Below, one piece after another: positions 26,106-37,439 of a stretch of 64,000 nt of DNA. Under the pieces are notes generated by a model. It did no database searches, was not told where the DNA came from, and was given only the letters and a program-made list of their open reading frames with translations. This stretch comes from Squalus acanthias. Its lineage: Eukaryota. Position 1 is the first letter of the stretch. Each line of letters opens with the position of its first letter. The stretch covers positions 806,001 to 870,000 of the forward strand of contig JASTWF010000034.1 of NCBI GenBank assembly GCA_030390025.1. Reading direction: 5' to 3'. Position numbers and translations under genes: made by a program.

Positions 26106-27457
26106 GTCGGTTAGCAATTCGCTCGACGCAGGTTTTTAGGTTTCGATGTCCCACAGGGCTGTGTGTTAGCGAAATAAATTTCAGCATCCAGGATGTTTTG
26201 AAAGCGATAGCATGGCCCTCAAATAGCCCAGAGACCCGGACACCGCAACACCCGTGTTGGGAGGCTCAAATGGCTGCACAATGTCACAAGGACGCTCAGT
26301 ATTACACCACCCACAATGGGACAGACACAGAATGAGACACAGAAAACCAGCAAGGGTATGTCAGGCCACACAAAGGGAAGGACAGAGAAAGACACTGAGG
26401 AAACTAGAGAGAGCGACACAAACAGACTGAATAAAATGAGGGACAGACAGAGACTGAGGGAAAGACCGAGACGGCGAGAGAAACAGAGAGGGAGATAGAC
26501 AAATAGGGAAACGGAGAGTGAGATGAAGACAGAGACCTGCATGAAGGTGCTTTCTGCTGTGTAAAGTTATTCCCTGTTGTGTAAAGGCCAACAGCACCAT
26601 CTGGTGGTGGAGAAGCGGCGCTGCTGGAATGCGTTGAGAGTTGGGGAAGGCCCAGGCTGCAACAAGTTTGCAGCATTTGCAACTTATGTTGGTGCGAACA
26701 AAGTGATTTTTAAGTTGTGTTGCAGCTTTTTGTGTTTATTGCAAGAAGGAAGTTGCTGGAAGTAAAGCCTAAAGTGTGATAAAAATACCTGCCGCATTGA
26801 GCCTGAAATTTACCACAATTATAAGTGGAGGGAACAATAGGGAATATTTGCCGTCCTAATCACAAGTTCTTCAGAATAATGGCATGAAAAACACATCTGA
26901 CTCTCATCCTGAACACAGAGTCCAGCTCACCAAATGTTTATACAGAATGGATCTTCTCTTCCCGTTGTCTTAATGTAACTTTCACTGTCTGGATAGGTTA
27001 GATTGAAAAAACATATTCGTGTTATATAAATCGGATTGTAGCAGAGGAGCAGATGGGAGGTGCTGTTCAAACGGTAAGTTTGTAAGGGCGAACGGGGAAA
27101 CGACGGCGAGATGGTGTTTGCGAGAGTGACAGCAATGGTGAGCGCGTTTGACAGATTGCAAGAAATGGAAGAAACAAATATGTGAAAGTGGTGTACATCT
27201 GAATACGTGAGACGCAGCAGGTGTGGAGACGAGTGAGTGAACGGTCTGATTCAGTTGGTTGGGTGACGGTGTTTGCCGTGTTCGGTGCTGGGTTCAGGCC
27301 AATTATGGAACCGAGGAAATTCTGCAAATCGTATCTGCCTGTCAATAACAACTGAAGGACAAAGGTGAAGAAGTGACATAATACTGAACAAAACAGGCCC
27401 ACCTGCACGATTTTCTGCTGCTGACGAAGCGACGAAATTTATGAATGCCGCAATATC

Positions 27458-27539
27458 TGGCAGCGGTGGGATTCGAACCCACGCCCCCGCAGAGACTGGA
27501 GCCTAAATCCAGCGCCTTAGACCGCTCGGCCACGCTACC
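27458..27539 (-). tRNA. tRNA-Leu-TAG: tRNA-Leu(UAG), copy 16
   Basis: Same sequence as copy 1. Confidence 0.97.
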
Positions 27540-27584
27540 ACATGAAGCAGCTTGGCTTCTGAAACTAGAAACTGGTGATTGAAA

Positions 27585-28084
27585 NNNNNNNNNNNNNNNN
27601 NNNNNNNNNNNNNNNNNNNNNNNNNNNNNNNNNNNNNNNNNNNNNNNNNNNNNNNNNNNNNNNNNNNNNNNNNNNNNNNNNNNNNNNNNNNNNNNNNNNN
27701 NNNNNNNNNNNNNNNNNNNNNNNNNNNNNNNNNNNNNNNNNNNNNNNNNNNNNNNNNNNNNNNNNNNNNNNNNNNNNNNNNNNNNNNNNNNNNNNNNNNN
27801 NNNNNNNNNNNNNNNNNNNNNNNNNNNNNNNNNNNNNNNNNNNNNNNNNNNNNNNNNNNNNNNNNNNNNNNNNNNNNNNNNNNNNNNNNNNNNNNNNNNN
27901 NNNNNNNNNNNNNNNNNNNNNNNNNNNNNNNNNNNNNNNNNNNNNNNNNNNNNNNNNNNNNNNNNNNNNNNNNNNNNNNNNNNNNNNNNNNNNNNNNNNN
28001 NNNNNNNNNNNNNNNNNNNNNNNNNNNNNNNNNNNNNNNNNNNNNNNNNNNNNNNNNNNNNNNNNNNNNNNNNNNNNNNNNNNN
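27585..28084. other. Assembly gap (500 N)
   Basis: Run of N; the round size suggests a scaffolding placeholder. Confidence 1.
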
Positions 28085-31000
28085 ATGGCGGCTCCGGGGC
28101 CCCGCAGAAAGATGGCGGATCCAGGGCTCTGCATAAAGATGGCGGCTCTGGGGACCCGCACAAAGACGGCGGCTCTGGGGCCCCGCACAAGGATTGCGGC
28201 TCTGGGGCCCCGCACAAAGATGGCGGCTCTGGGGCCCCGCACAAAGGTGGCGGCTCTGGGGCCCCGCACAAAGATGGCGGCTCTGGGGCCCCGCACAAAG
28301 ATGGCGGCTCTGGGGCCCCGCACGAAGATGGCGGCTCTGGGGCTCAGCACAAAGATGGCGGCTCCGGGGCCCCGCATAAAGATGGCCGCTCCGGGGCCCC
28401 GCATAAAGATGGCGGGTCTGGGGCCCCGCATAAAGACGGCGGCTCTGGGTCCCACACATAGATGGCGGCTCTGGGGCTCAGCACAAAGATGGCGGCTCCG
28501 GGGCCCCGCATAAAGATGGCGGCTCCGGGGCCCCGCACAAAGATGGCGGCTCCGGGGCCCCGCATAAAGATGGCGGCTCTGGGGACCCGCACAAAGATGG
28601 CGGCTCTGGGACTCAGCACACAGATGGCGGCTCTGGGGCCCTGCACCAATATGGGGGCTCCGGGGCCCCGCATAAACATGGCGGCTCTGGGTCCCACATA
28701 TAGATGGCGGCTCTGGGGACCCGCACAAAGATGGCGGCTCTGGGTCCCACACATAGATGGCGGCTCTGGGGACCCGCACAAAGATGGCGGCTCTGGGACT
28801 CAGCACAAAGATGGCGGCTCTGGGGCCCCGCACAAATATGGCGGCTCCGGGGCCCCGCACTAAACATGGCGGCTCTGGTTGCCGCACAAAAATGGCGGCT
28901 CTGGGGCACCGCACAAAGAGGGCGGCTCTGGTTCCCCGCAAAAAGATGGCGGCTCTGGGGCCCCGCACAAAGATGGCTGCTCTGGGGCCCAGCACAAAGA
29001 TGGCGACTCTGGGGCTCAGCACAAAGACGGCGGCTCTGGGGCGCAGCACAAAGACGGCGGCTCTGGGGCCCAGCACAAAGACGGCGGGTCTGGGGCCCAG
29101 CACAAAGACGGCGGCTCTGGGGCCCAGCACAAAAACGGCGGGTCTGGGGCTCAGCACAAAGACGGCGGCTCTGGGGCCCAGCACAAAGACGGCGGGTCTG
29201 GGGCCCAGCACAAAGACGGCGGCTCTGGGGCCCAGCACAGAGATGGCGGCTCTGGGGACCCGCACAAAGACGGCGGCTCTGGGGCCCCGCACAAAGACGG
29301 CGGCTCTGGGGCCCCGCACAAAGACGGCGGCTCTGCGGCCCAGCACAAAGACGGCGGCTCTGGGGTGGGCCCCGCACAAAGATGGCGGCTCCGGGTCCCC
29401 GCACAAAGACGGCGGCTCTGGGGCCCCGCACAAAGATGGCGGCTCCGGGGACCGGCACAAAGATGGCGGGTCCGGGGCCCCGCACAAAGACGGCGGCTCC
29501 GGGGCCCCGCACAAAGATGGAGGCTCTGGGGCTCCGCACAAAGACGGCAGCTCTGGGGCCCCGCATAAAGATGGCGGCTCTGGGGCCCCGCACAGAGATG
29601 GCGGCTCTGGGGCCACGCACAGAGATGGCGGCTCTGGGGCCCCGCACATGGATTGCGGCTCTGGGGCCCCGCACAAAGATGGCGGCTCTGGGGCCCCGCA
29701 CAAATATGGCGGCTCTGGGGCCCCGCACAAAGATGGCGGCTCTGGGGCTCAGCACAAAGATGGCGGCTCTGGGGCCCCGCACAAAGGTGGCGGCTCTGGG
29801 GCTCTGCACAAAGACGGCGGCTCTGGGGCTCAGCACAAAGGCGGCGGGTCTGGGGCTCAGCACAAAGATGGCGGCTCTGGGGCCCAGCACAAAGATGGCG
29901 ACTCTGGGGCTCAGCACAAAGACGGCGACTCTGGGGCCCAGCACAAAGACAGCGGGTCTGGGGCCCAGCACAAAGACGGCGACTCTGGTGCCCAGCACAA
30001 AGACGGCGGCTCTGGGGCCCAGCACAAAGACAGCGGGTCTGGGGCTCAGCACAAAGACGGCGGCTCTGGGGCCCAGCACAAAGACGGCGGCTCTGGGGCC
30101 CAGCACAAAGACGGCGGCTCTGGGGCCCAGCACAAAGACGGCGGCTCTGGGGCCCAGCACAAAGACGGCAGCTCTGGGGACCCGCACAAAGACGGCGGCT
30201 CTGCGGCCCAGCACAAAGACGGCGGCTCTGGGGTGGGCCCCGCACAATGATGGCGGCTCCGGGTCCCCGCACAAAGATGGAGGCTCCGGGGCCCCGCACA
30301 AAGACGGCGGCTCTGGGGCCCTGCACAAAGATGGCGGGTCCGGGGCCCCGCACAAAGACGGCGGCTCCGGGGCCCCGCACAAAGATGGAGGCTCCGGGGC
30401 TCCGCACAAAGACGGCAGCTCTGGGGCCCCGCATAAAGATGGCGGCTCTGGGGAGCCGCACAAAGATGGCGGCTCTGGGGAGCCGCACAAAGATGGCGGC
30501 TCTGGGGAGCCGCACAAAGATGGCGGCTTCGGGGCCCCGCACAAAGATGGCGGCTCTGGGGCCCCGCACAAAGACGGCGGCTCTGGGGCTCAGCACTTAG
30601 ATGGCGGCTCTGGGGCCCCGCATAAAGACGGCGGCACTGGCGCCCCGCATAAAGATGGCGGCTCTGGGGCCCCGCACAAAGACGGCGGCTCTGGCCGCAT
30701 AAAGATGGCGGCTCTGGGGCCCAGATAAAGGGTTGCGGCTCTGGTGCCCCGCACAAGGATTGCGGATATGGGGCCCCGCACAAAGGTGGCGGCTATTGGG
30801 CCCCTAATAAAGACGGCGGCTCTGGGGCCCCCGCACAGAGATGGCGGCTCTGGGGCCCCGCACAAGGATTGCGGCTCTGGGGCCCCGCACAAAGATGGCG
30901 GCTCTGGGGCTGCGCATAAAGATGGCGGGTCTGGGGCCCCTCACAAAGATGGCGGCTCTGGGGCCCCGCACAAAGATGCCGGCTCTGGGGCCCCGCACAA

Positions 31001-34000
31001 AGGTGGCGGCTCCGGGGCCCTGCATAAAAATGGCGGCTCCGGGGCCCCGCATAAAGATGGCGGGTCCGGGGCTCTGCATAAAGATGGCGGCTCTGGGGAC
31101 CCGCACAAAGACGGCGGCTCTGGGGACCCGCACAAAGACGGCGGCTCTGGGGCCCCGCACAAAGACGGCGGCTCTGGGGCCCTGCACAGAGATGGCGGCT
31201 CTGGGGCCCCGCACAAGGATTGCGGCTCTGGGGCTCCGCACAAAGATGGCGGCTCTGGGGCTGCGCATAAAGACGGCGGCTCTGGGGCCCCGCACAAAGA
31301 TGGCGGCTCTGGGGCCCCGCACAAAGATGGCGGCTCTGGGGCTCAGCACAAAGATGGCGGCTCCGGGGCCCCGCATAAAGATGGCCGCTCCGGGGCCCCG
31401 CATAAAGATGGCGGGACTGGGGCCCCGCATAAAGACGGCGGCTCTGGGTCCCACACATAGATGGCGGCTCTGGGGCTCAGCACAAAGATGGCGGCTCCGG
31501 GGCCCCGCATAAAGATGGCGGCTCCGGGGCCCCACACAAAGATGGCGGCTCTGGGGCCCTGCACCAATATGGGGGCTCCGGGGCCCCGCATAAACATGGC
31601 GGCTCTCGGTCCCACATATAGATGGCGGCTCTGGGGCCCCGCACAAATATGGCGGCTCCGGGGCCCCGCATAAACAAGGCGGCTCTGGTTGCCGCACAAA
31701 AATGGCGGCTCTGGGGCACCGCACAAAGAGGGCGGCTCTGGTTCCCCGCAAAAAGATGGCGGCTCTGGGGCCCCGCACAAAGATGGCGGCTCTGGGGCCC
31801 AGCACAAAGATGGCGACTCTGGGGCTCAGCACAAAGACGGCGGCTCTGGGGCCCCGCACAAAGACAGCGGGTCTGGGGCCCAGCACAAAGACGGCGGGTC
31901 TGGGGCTCAGCACAAAGACGGCGGCTCTGGGGCCCAGCACAAAGACGGCGGGTCTGGGGCCCAGCACAAAGACGGCGGCTCTGGGGCCCAGCACAAAGAT
32001 GGCGGCTCTGGGGACCCGCACAAAGACGGCGGCTCTGGGGCCCCGCACAAAGACGGCGGCTCTGGGGCCCCGCACAAAGACGGCGGCTCTGCGGCCCAGC
32101 ACAAAGACGGCGGCTCTGGGGTGGGCCCCGCACAAAGATGGCGGCTCCGTGTCCCCGCACAAAGACGGCGGCTCTGGGGCCCCGCACAAAGATGGCGGCT
32201 CCGGGGACCCGCACAAAGATGGCGGGTCCGGGGCCCCGCACAAAGACGGCGGCTCCGGGGCCCCGCACAAAGATGGAGGTTCCGGGGCTCCGCACAAAGA
32301 CGGCAGCTCTGGGGCCCCGCATAAAGATGGCGGCTCTGGGGCCCCGCACAGAGATGGCGGCTCTGGGGCCACGCACAGAGATGGCGGCTCTGGGGCCCCG
32401 CACATGGATTGCGGCTCTGGGGCCCCGCACAAAGATGGCGGCTCTGGGGCCCCGCACAAAGATGGCGGCTCTGGGGCTCAGCACAAAGATGGCGGCTCTG
32501 GGGCCCCGTACAAAGGTGGCGGCTGTGGGGCTCTGCAAAAAGACGGCGACTCTGGGGCTCAGCACAAAGAAGGCGGGTCTGGGGCTCAGCACAAAGATGG
32601 CGGCTCTGGGGCCCAGCACAAAGATGGCGACTCTGGGGCTCAGCACAAAGACGGCGACTCTGGGGCCCAGCACAAAGACGGCGGGTCTGGGGCCCAGCAC
32701 AAAGACGGCGACTCTGGTGCCCAGCACAAAGACGGCGGGTCTGGGGCCCAGCACAAAGACGGCGGCTCTGGGGCCCAGCACAAAGACAGCGGGTCTGGGG
32801 CTCAGCACAAAGACGGCGGCTCTGGGGCCCAGCACAAAGACGGCGGCTCTGGGGCCCAGCACAAAGACGGCGGCTCTGGGGCCCAGCACAAAGACGGCGG
32901 CTCTGGGGCCCAGCACAAAGACGGCAGCTCTGTGGACCCGCACAAAGACGGCGGCTCTGGGGCCCCGCACAAAGACGGCGGCTCTGGGGCCCCGCACAAA
33001 GACGGCGGCTCTGCGGCCCAGCACAAAGACGGCGGCTCTGGGGCCCCGCACAAAGATGGCGGATATGGGGCCCACACAAAGATGGCGGCTATGGGGCCCC
33101 TCATAAAGATGGCGGCTCCGGGGCCCCGCACAAAGACGGAGGCTCCGGGGCTCCGCACAAAGACGGCAGCTCTGGGGCCCCGCATAAAGATGGCGGCTCT
33201 GGGGAGCCGCACAAAGATGGCGGCTTCGGGGCCCCGCACAAAGATGGCGGCTCTGGGGCCCCGCACAAAGACGGCGGCCCTGGGGCCCCTCATAAAGACG
33301 GCGGCTCTGGGGCCCCCGCACAGAGATGGCAGCTCTGGGGCCCCGCACAAAGATGGCGGCCCTGGGGCCCCTCATAAAGACGGCGGCTCTGGGGCCCCCG
33401 CACAGAGATGGCAGCTCTGGGGCCCCGCATAAAGCCGGCGGCACTGGCGCCCCGCATAAAGATGGCGGCTCTGGGGCCCAGCACAAGGATTGCGGCTCTG
33501 GTGCCCCGCACAAGGATTGCGGATATGGGGCCCACACAAAGATGGCGGCTATGGGGCCCCTCATAAAGATGGCGGCTCCGGGGCCCCGCATAAAGATGGC
33601 GGCTCCGGGGCCCCGCATAAAGATGGCGGATCTGGGGCTCCGCATAAAGATGGCGGCTCTGGGGCCCCGCACAGAGATGGCGGCTCTGGGGCCACGCACA
33701 GAGATGGCGGCTCTGGGGCACGCACAAAGATGGCGGCTCTGGGGCCCCGCACATGGATTGCGGCTCTGGGGCCCCGCACAAAGATGGCGGCTCTGGGGCC
33801 CCGCACAAATATGGCGGCTCTGGGGCCCCGCACAAAGATGGCGGCTCTGGGGCTCAGCACAAAGATGGCGGCTCTGGGGCCCCGCACAAAGGTGGCGGCT
33901 CTGGGGCCCAGCACAAAGATGGCGGCTCTGGGGCTCAGCACAAAGACGGCGGCTCTGGGGCTCAGCACAAAGACGGCGGCTCTGGGGCCCAGCACAAAGA

Positions 34001-36306
34001 AGGCGGGTCTGGGGCTCAGCACAAAGATGGCGGGTCTGGGGCCCAGCACAAAGACGGCGACTCTGGGGCCCAGCACAAAGACGGCGGGTCTGGGGCCCAG
34101 CACAAAGACGGCGGCTCTGGGGCCCAGCACAAAGACGGCGGCTCTGGGGAGCCGCACAAAGATGGCGGCTTCGGGGCCCCGCACAAAGATGGCGGCTCTG
34201 GGGCCCCGCACAAAGACGGCGGCTCTGGGGCTCAGCACTTAGATGGCGGCTCTGGGGCCCCGCATAAAGACGGCGGCACTGGCGCCCCGCATAAAGATGG
34301 CGGCTCTGGGGCCCCGCATAAAGATGGCGGCTCTGGGGCCCAGATAAAGGATTGCGGCTCTGGTGCCCCGCACAAGGATTGCGGATATGGGGCCCCGCAC
34401 AAAGGTGGCGGCTATTGGGCCCCTAATAAAGACGGCGGCTCTGGGGCCCCCGCACAGAGATGGCGGCTCTGGGGCCCCTCACAAAGATGGCGGCTCTGGG
34501 GCCCCGCACAAAGATGCCGGCTCTGGGGCCCCGCACAAAGGTGGCGGCTCCGGGGCCCTGCATAAAAATGGCGGCTCCGGGGCCCCGCATAAAGATGGCG
34601 GGTCCGGGGCTCTGCATAAAGATGGCGGCTCTGGGGACCCGCACAAAGACGGCGGCTCTGGGGACCCGCACAAAGACGGCGGCTCTGGGGCCCCGCACAA
34701 AGATGGCGGCTCTGGGGCCCTGCACAGAGATGGCGGCTCTGGGGCCCCGCACAAGGATTGCGGCTCTGGGGCCCCGCACACGGATGGCGGCTCTGGGGCT
34801 GCGCATAAAGATGCCCGCTCCGGGGCCCCGCATAAAGATGGAGGGTCTGGGGCCCCGCATAAAGACGGCGGCTCTGGGTCCTACACATAGATGGCGGCTC
34901 TGGGGCTCAGCACAAAGATGGCGGCTCCGGGGCCCCGCATAAAATGGCGGCTCCGGGGCACCGCACAAAGATGGCGGCTCCGGGGCCCCGCATAAAGATG
35001 GCGGCTCTGGGGACCCGCACAAAGATGGCGGCTCTGGGACTCAGCACAAAGATGGCGGCTCTGGGGCCCCGCACCAATATGGGGGCTCCGGGGCTCCGCA
35101 TAAACATGGCGGCTCTGGGTCCCACACATAGATGGCGGCTCTGGGGACCCGCACAAAAATGGCGGCTCTGGGTCCCACACATAGATGGCGGCTCTGGGGA
35201 CCCGCACAACGATGGCGGCTCTGGGACTCAGCACAAAGATGGCAGCTCTGGGGCCCCGCACAAATATGGCGGCTCCGGGGCCCCGCATAAACATGGCGGC
35301 TCTGGGTCCCACACATAGATGGCGGCTCTGGGGACCCGCACAAAGATGGCGGCTCTGGTTCCCGCACAAAGATGGCGGCTCTGGGGCACCGCACAAAGAT
35401 GGCGGCTCTGGGGCACCGCACAAAGATGGCGGATCTGGGGCCCCGCACAAAGATGGCGGCTCTGGTTCCCGCACAAAAATGGCGGCTCTGGGGCACCGCA
35501 CAAAGATGGCAGCTCTAGTTCCCCGCACAAAGATGGCGGCTCTTGGGCCCCGCACAATGATGGTGGCTCTGGGGCACAGCACAAAGAAGGCAGCTCTCGG
35601 GCCCAGCACAAGGATGGCGGCTCTGGGGAGCAAGCACAATGATGGGGGCTCCGGGGCTCCGCATAAAGATGGCGGCTCTGGTTCGCGCCCAAAAATAGCG
35701 GCTCATGGGCTCCGCACAAAGATGGCGGCTCTGGGGAGCAAGCACAATGATGGCGGCTCCGGGGCTCCGCATAAAGATGGCGGCTCTGGTTCCCGCCCAA
35801 AAATGGCGGCTCATGGGCTCCGCACAAAGATGGCGCCTCTGGGGCACTGCAAAAAGATGGCGGCACTGGAACCCAGCACAAAGATGGCTGCTCTGTGTCC
35901 AGGCACAAAGATGGCGGCTCTGGGACCCAGCAGAAAGATGACGGCTCTGGGACACAGCAGAAAGATGGCGGCTCTGGGGCCCCGCACACAAATGGCAGCT
36001 CTGGGTCCAAGCACAAAGGTGGGGGCACCCGCGCCCCGCAGAAAGATGGCGGCACTGATGCCCCGCGCAATGATGGCGGCTCTCCCCCATCCCCGCGCCC
36101 AGCACAAAGATGGCGGCTCTAGGGCCCAGCACAAAAATGGTGGCTCCTGCGCCTGACTGAAAGATGGCGGCTATTGGGCCCCGCACAAAGATGGCGGATC
36201 TGGGGCCCTGCACAACGATTGCGGCTCTGGGGCCCCGCACAAGGATTGCGGCTCTAGGGCTCCGCACAAAGATGGCGGCTCTGGGGCCCCGTACAAAGAT
36301 TGCGGC
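28085..36306. repeat. GC-rich 27-bp satellite (GCACAAAGATGGCGGCTCTGGGGCCCC)n, ~300 units
   Basis: 27-bp period (9-aa periodic ORFs in several frames); degenerates over the last ~800 bp. Confidence 0.98.
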
Positions 36307-36338
36307 CGTCACTCGGGGTCTTTCCCTGGCGGCGGGAG
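36272..36338 (+). other. Candidate first coding exon ending at donor GAG|GTGAGT
   Basis: ATG in AAGATGGCG context, unique CpG-rich continuation (…AAVTRGLSLAAG), perfect 5' splice site at 36339-36344. Confidence 0.35.
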
Positions 36339-36611
36339 GTGAGTGTCCGGATGGCGGGAGCAGTTGGAATCCCGGTTACTGTGAGAGCGGGCGGCGAGGC
36401 GGAGCAGCCTGGCCCGGCACGGCCCACAGGACACCGAGCACCCCAGCCCTGGGAGGAGATGGCCTGGCACCAGGACTTTTTTAGTCATTATAAACCTTTA
36501 AAATCATTACACCACTTTACAGATCTTTTATAACCCTTTATAAATCATTATGACCATTATGATGCGTTTTCAATCATTGACACTTAAAAAATCATTTGAA
36601 TAACTAATTGT

Positions 36612-36990
36612 TGGGATGTGGGCACGACTGACAAGGCCAGCATTTACTGCACATCCCTAATTGCCCTTGAGAATGGGGTGGTAAGCCGCCTGAGACAAGC
36701 GAGTGTCTTGATGGCCCATTACAGAGACCAGTTAAGAGTCAACCACATTGCAGTGGGTCTGAAGTCACATTTCAGCCAGAACAGGTGAGGAAGGCAAATT
36801 TCCTTCCCAAAAGGCCATTAGTGAACCAATTGGGTTTTATTCCAGATTTACACAAGCTTTTCATTCCAGATTTGTTTAATTAATGGCATTTAAATTCCCC
36901 CAGCTTTTGGGATTTGAACACATGTCTCTGGATCATTTGTCGAGTCATCTGGTATTAACGAGTCCAGCAACATAACCACTATGCTACCGT
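36612..36990 (-). mobile_element. Degenerate tRNA-derived SINE with LINE-like 3' tail
   Basis: Minus-strand head GGTAGCATAGTGGTTATG (A box) and GTTCAAATCCC (B box); tail is the reverse complement of the LINE tail at ~54060-54130. Confidence 0.7.
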
Positions 36991-36997
36991 ACCCTTC

Positions 36998-37205
36998 AAA
37001 TATATCGCCGTTCTTTCATCGTCACTGGGTCAAAAGCTTGAAAATCCTTCAGTAACAGTATTGTGGGAGTACCTTCACCACACGGACTGCAGCGGATCAA
37101 GATGAAGGCCCACCATTTTCTCATGGGTAACTAGGGATGGACAAGTGATACCAACCTTGACAGCGTCACCCCTAGTCTGAGAACAAATACATCGAAATAA
37201 TAAAA
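36998..37205 (+). mobile_element. LINE 3'-end fragment
   Basis: Homologous to 53952-54155 (tgtgggagtacc…cacacggactgcagcgg). Confidence 0.65.
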
Positions 37206-37439
37206 TAGGATTAAAATCAATGATTTTATAATTCATTGATTGAAACCAGATGAGGCCTGTGATCAGAGCGGGGCGTCAAGTACGCTAAACAAATTGTCAA
37301 CCCCACTTGGATCTCCAATTCTATCGTTGTATGATTGATACAACTCACACTTTCCCAATTTCCCAAACATTACAAAAGGTGCTTGATAAAGGATCACATA
37401 TTACCAACATTGAAGCCCATGGGATTAAAGTGGCAGTGA

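Larger units (their letters stand above)
1..27584. repeat. Tandem array of ~1.81-1.84 kb tRNA-Leu/tRNA-iMet units (15 full periods, truncated by window edge and gap)
   Basis: Spacing between successive tRNA-Leu copies: 1826,1826,1826,1826,1823,1807,1826,1806,1825,1837,1820,1834,1835,1837,1835 bp; near-identical sequence. Confidence 0.99.

Noticed and set aside
27585..28084. Functional coupling of the tRNA array and YY1 satellite by direct adjacency
   Set aside because: They are joined only by a 500-N placeholder; true distance and orientation are unknown
27342..36312. Long ORFs of 200-740 aa (GAPHKDGGS / MAALGPRTK / CGAPEPPSL repeats)
   Set aside because: A stop-poor 27-bp unit is open in most frames on both strands; frequent frame-shifting indels; some ORFs span the N gap
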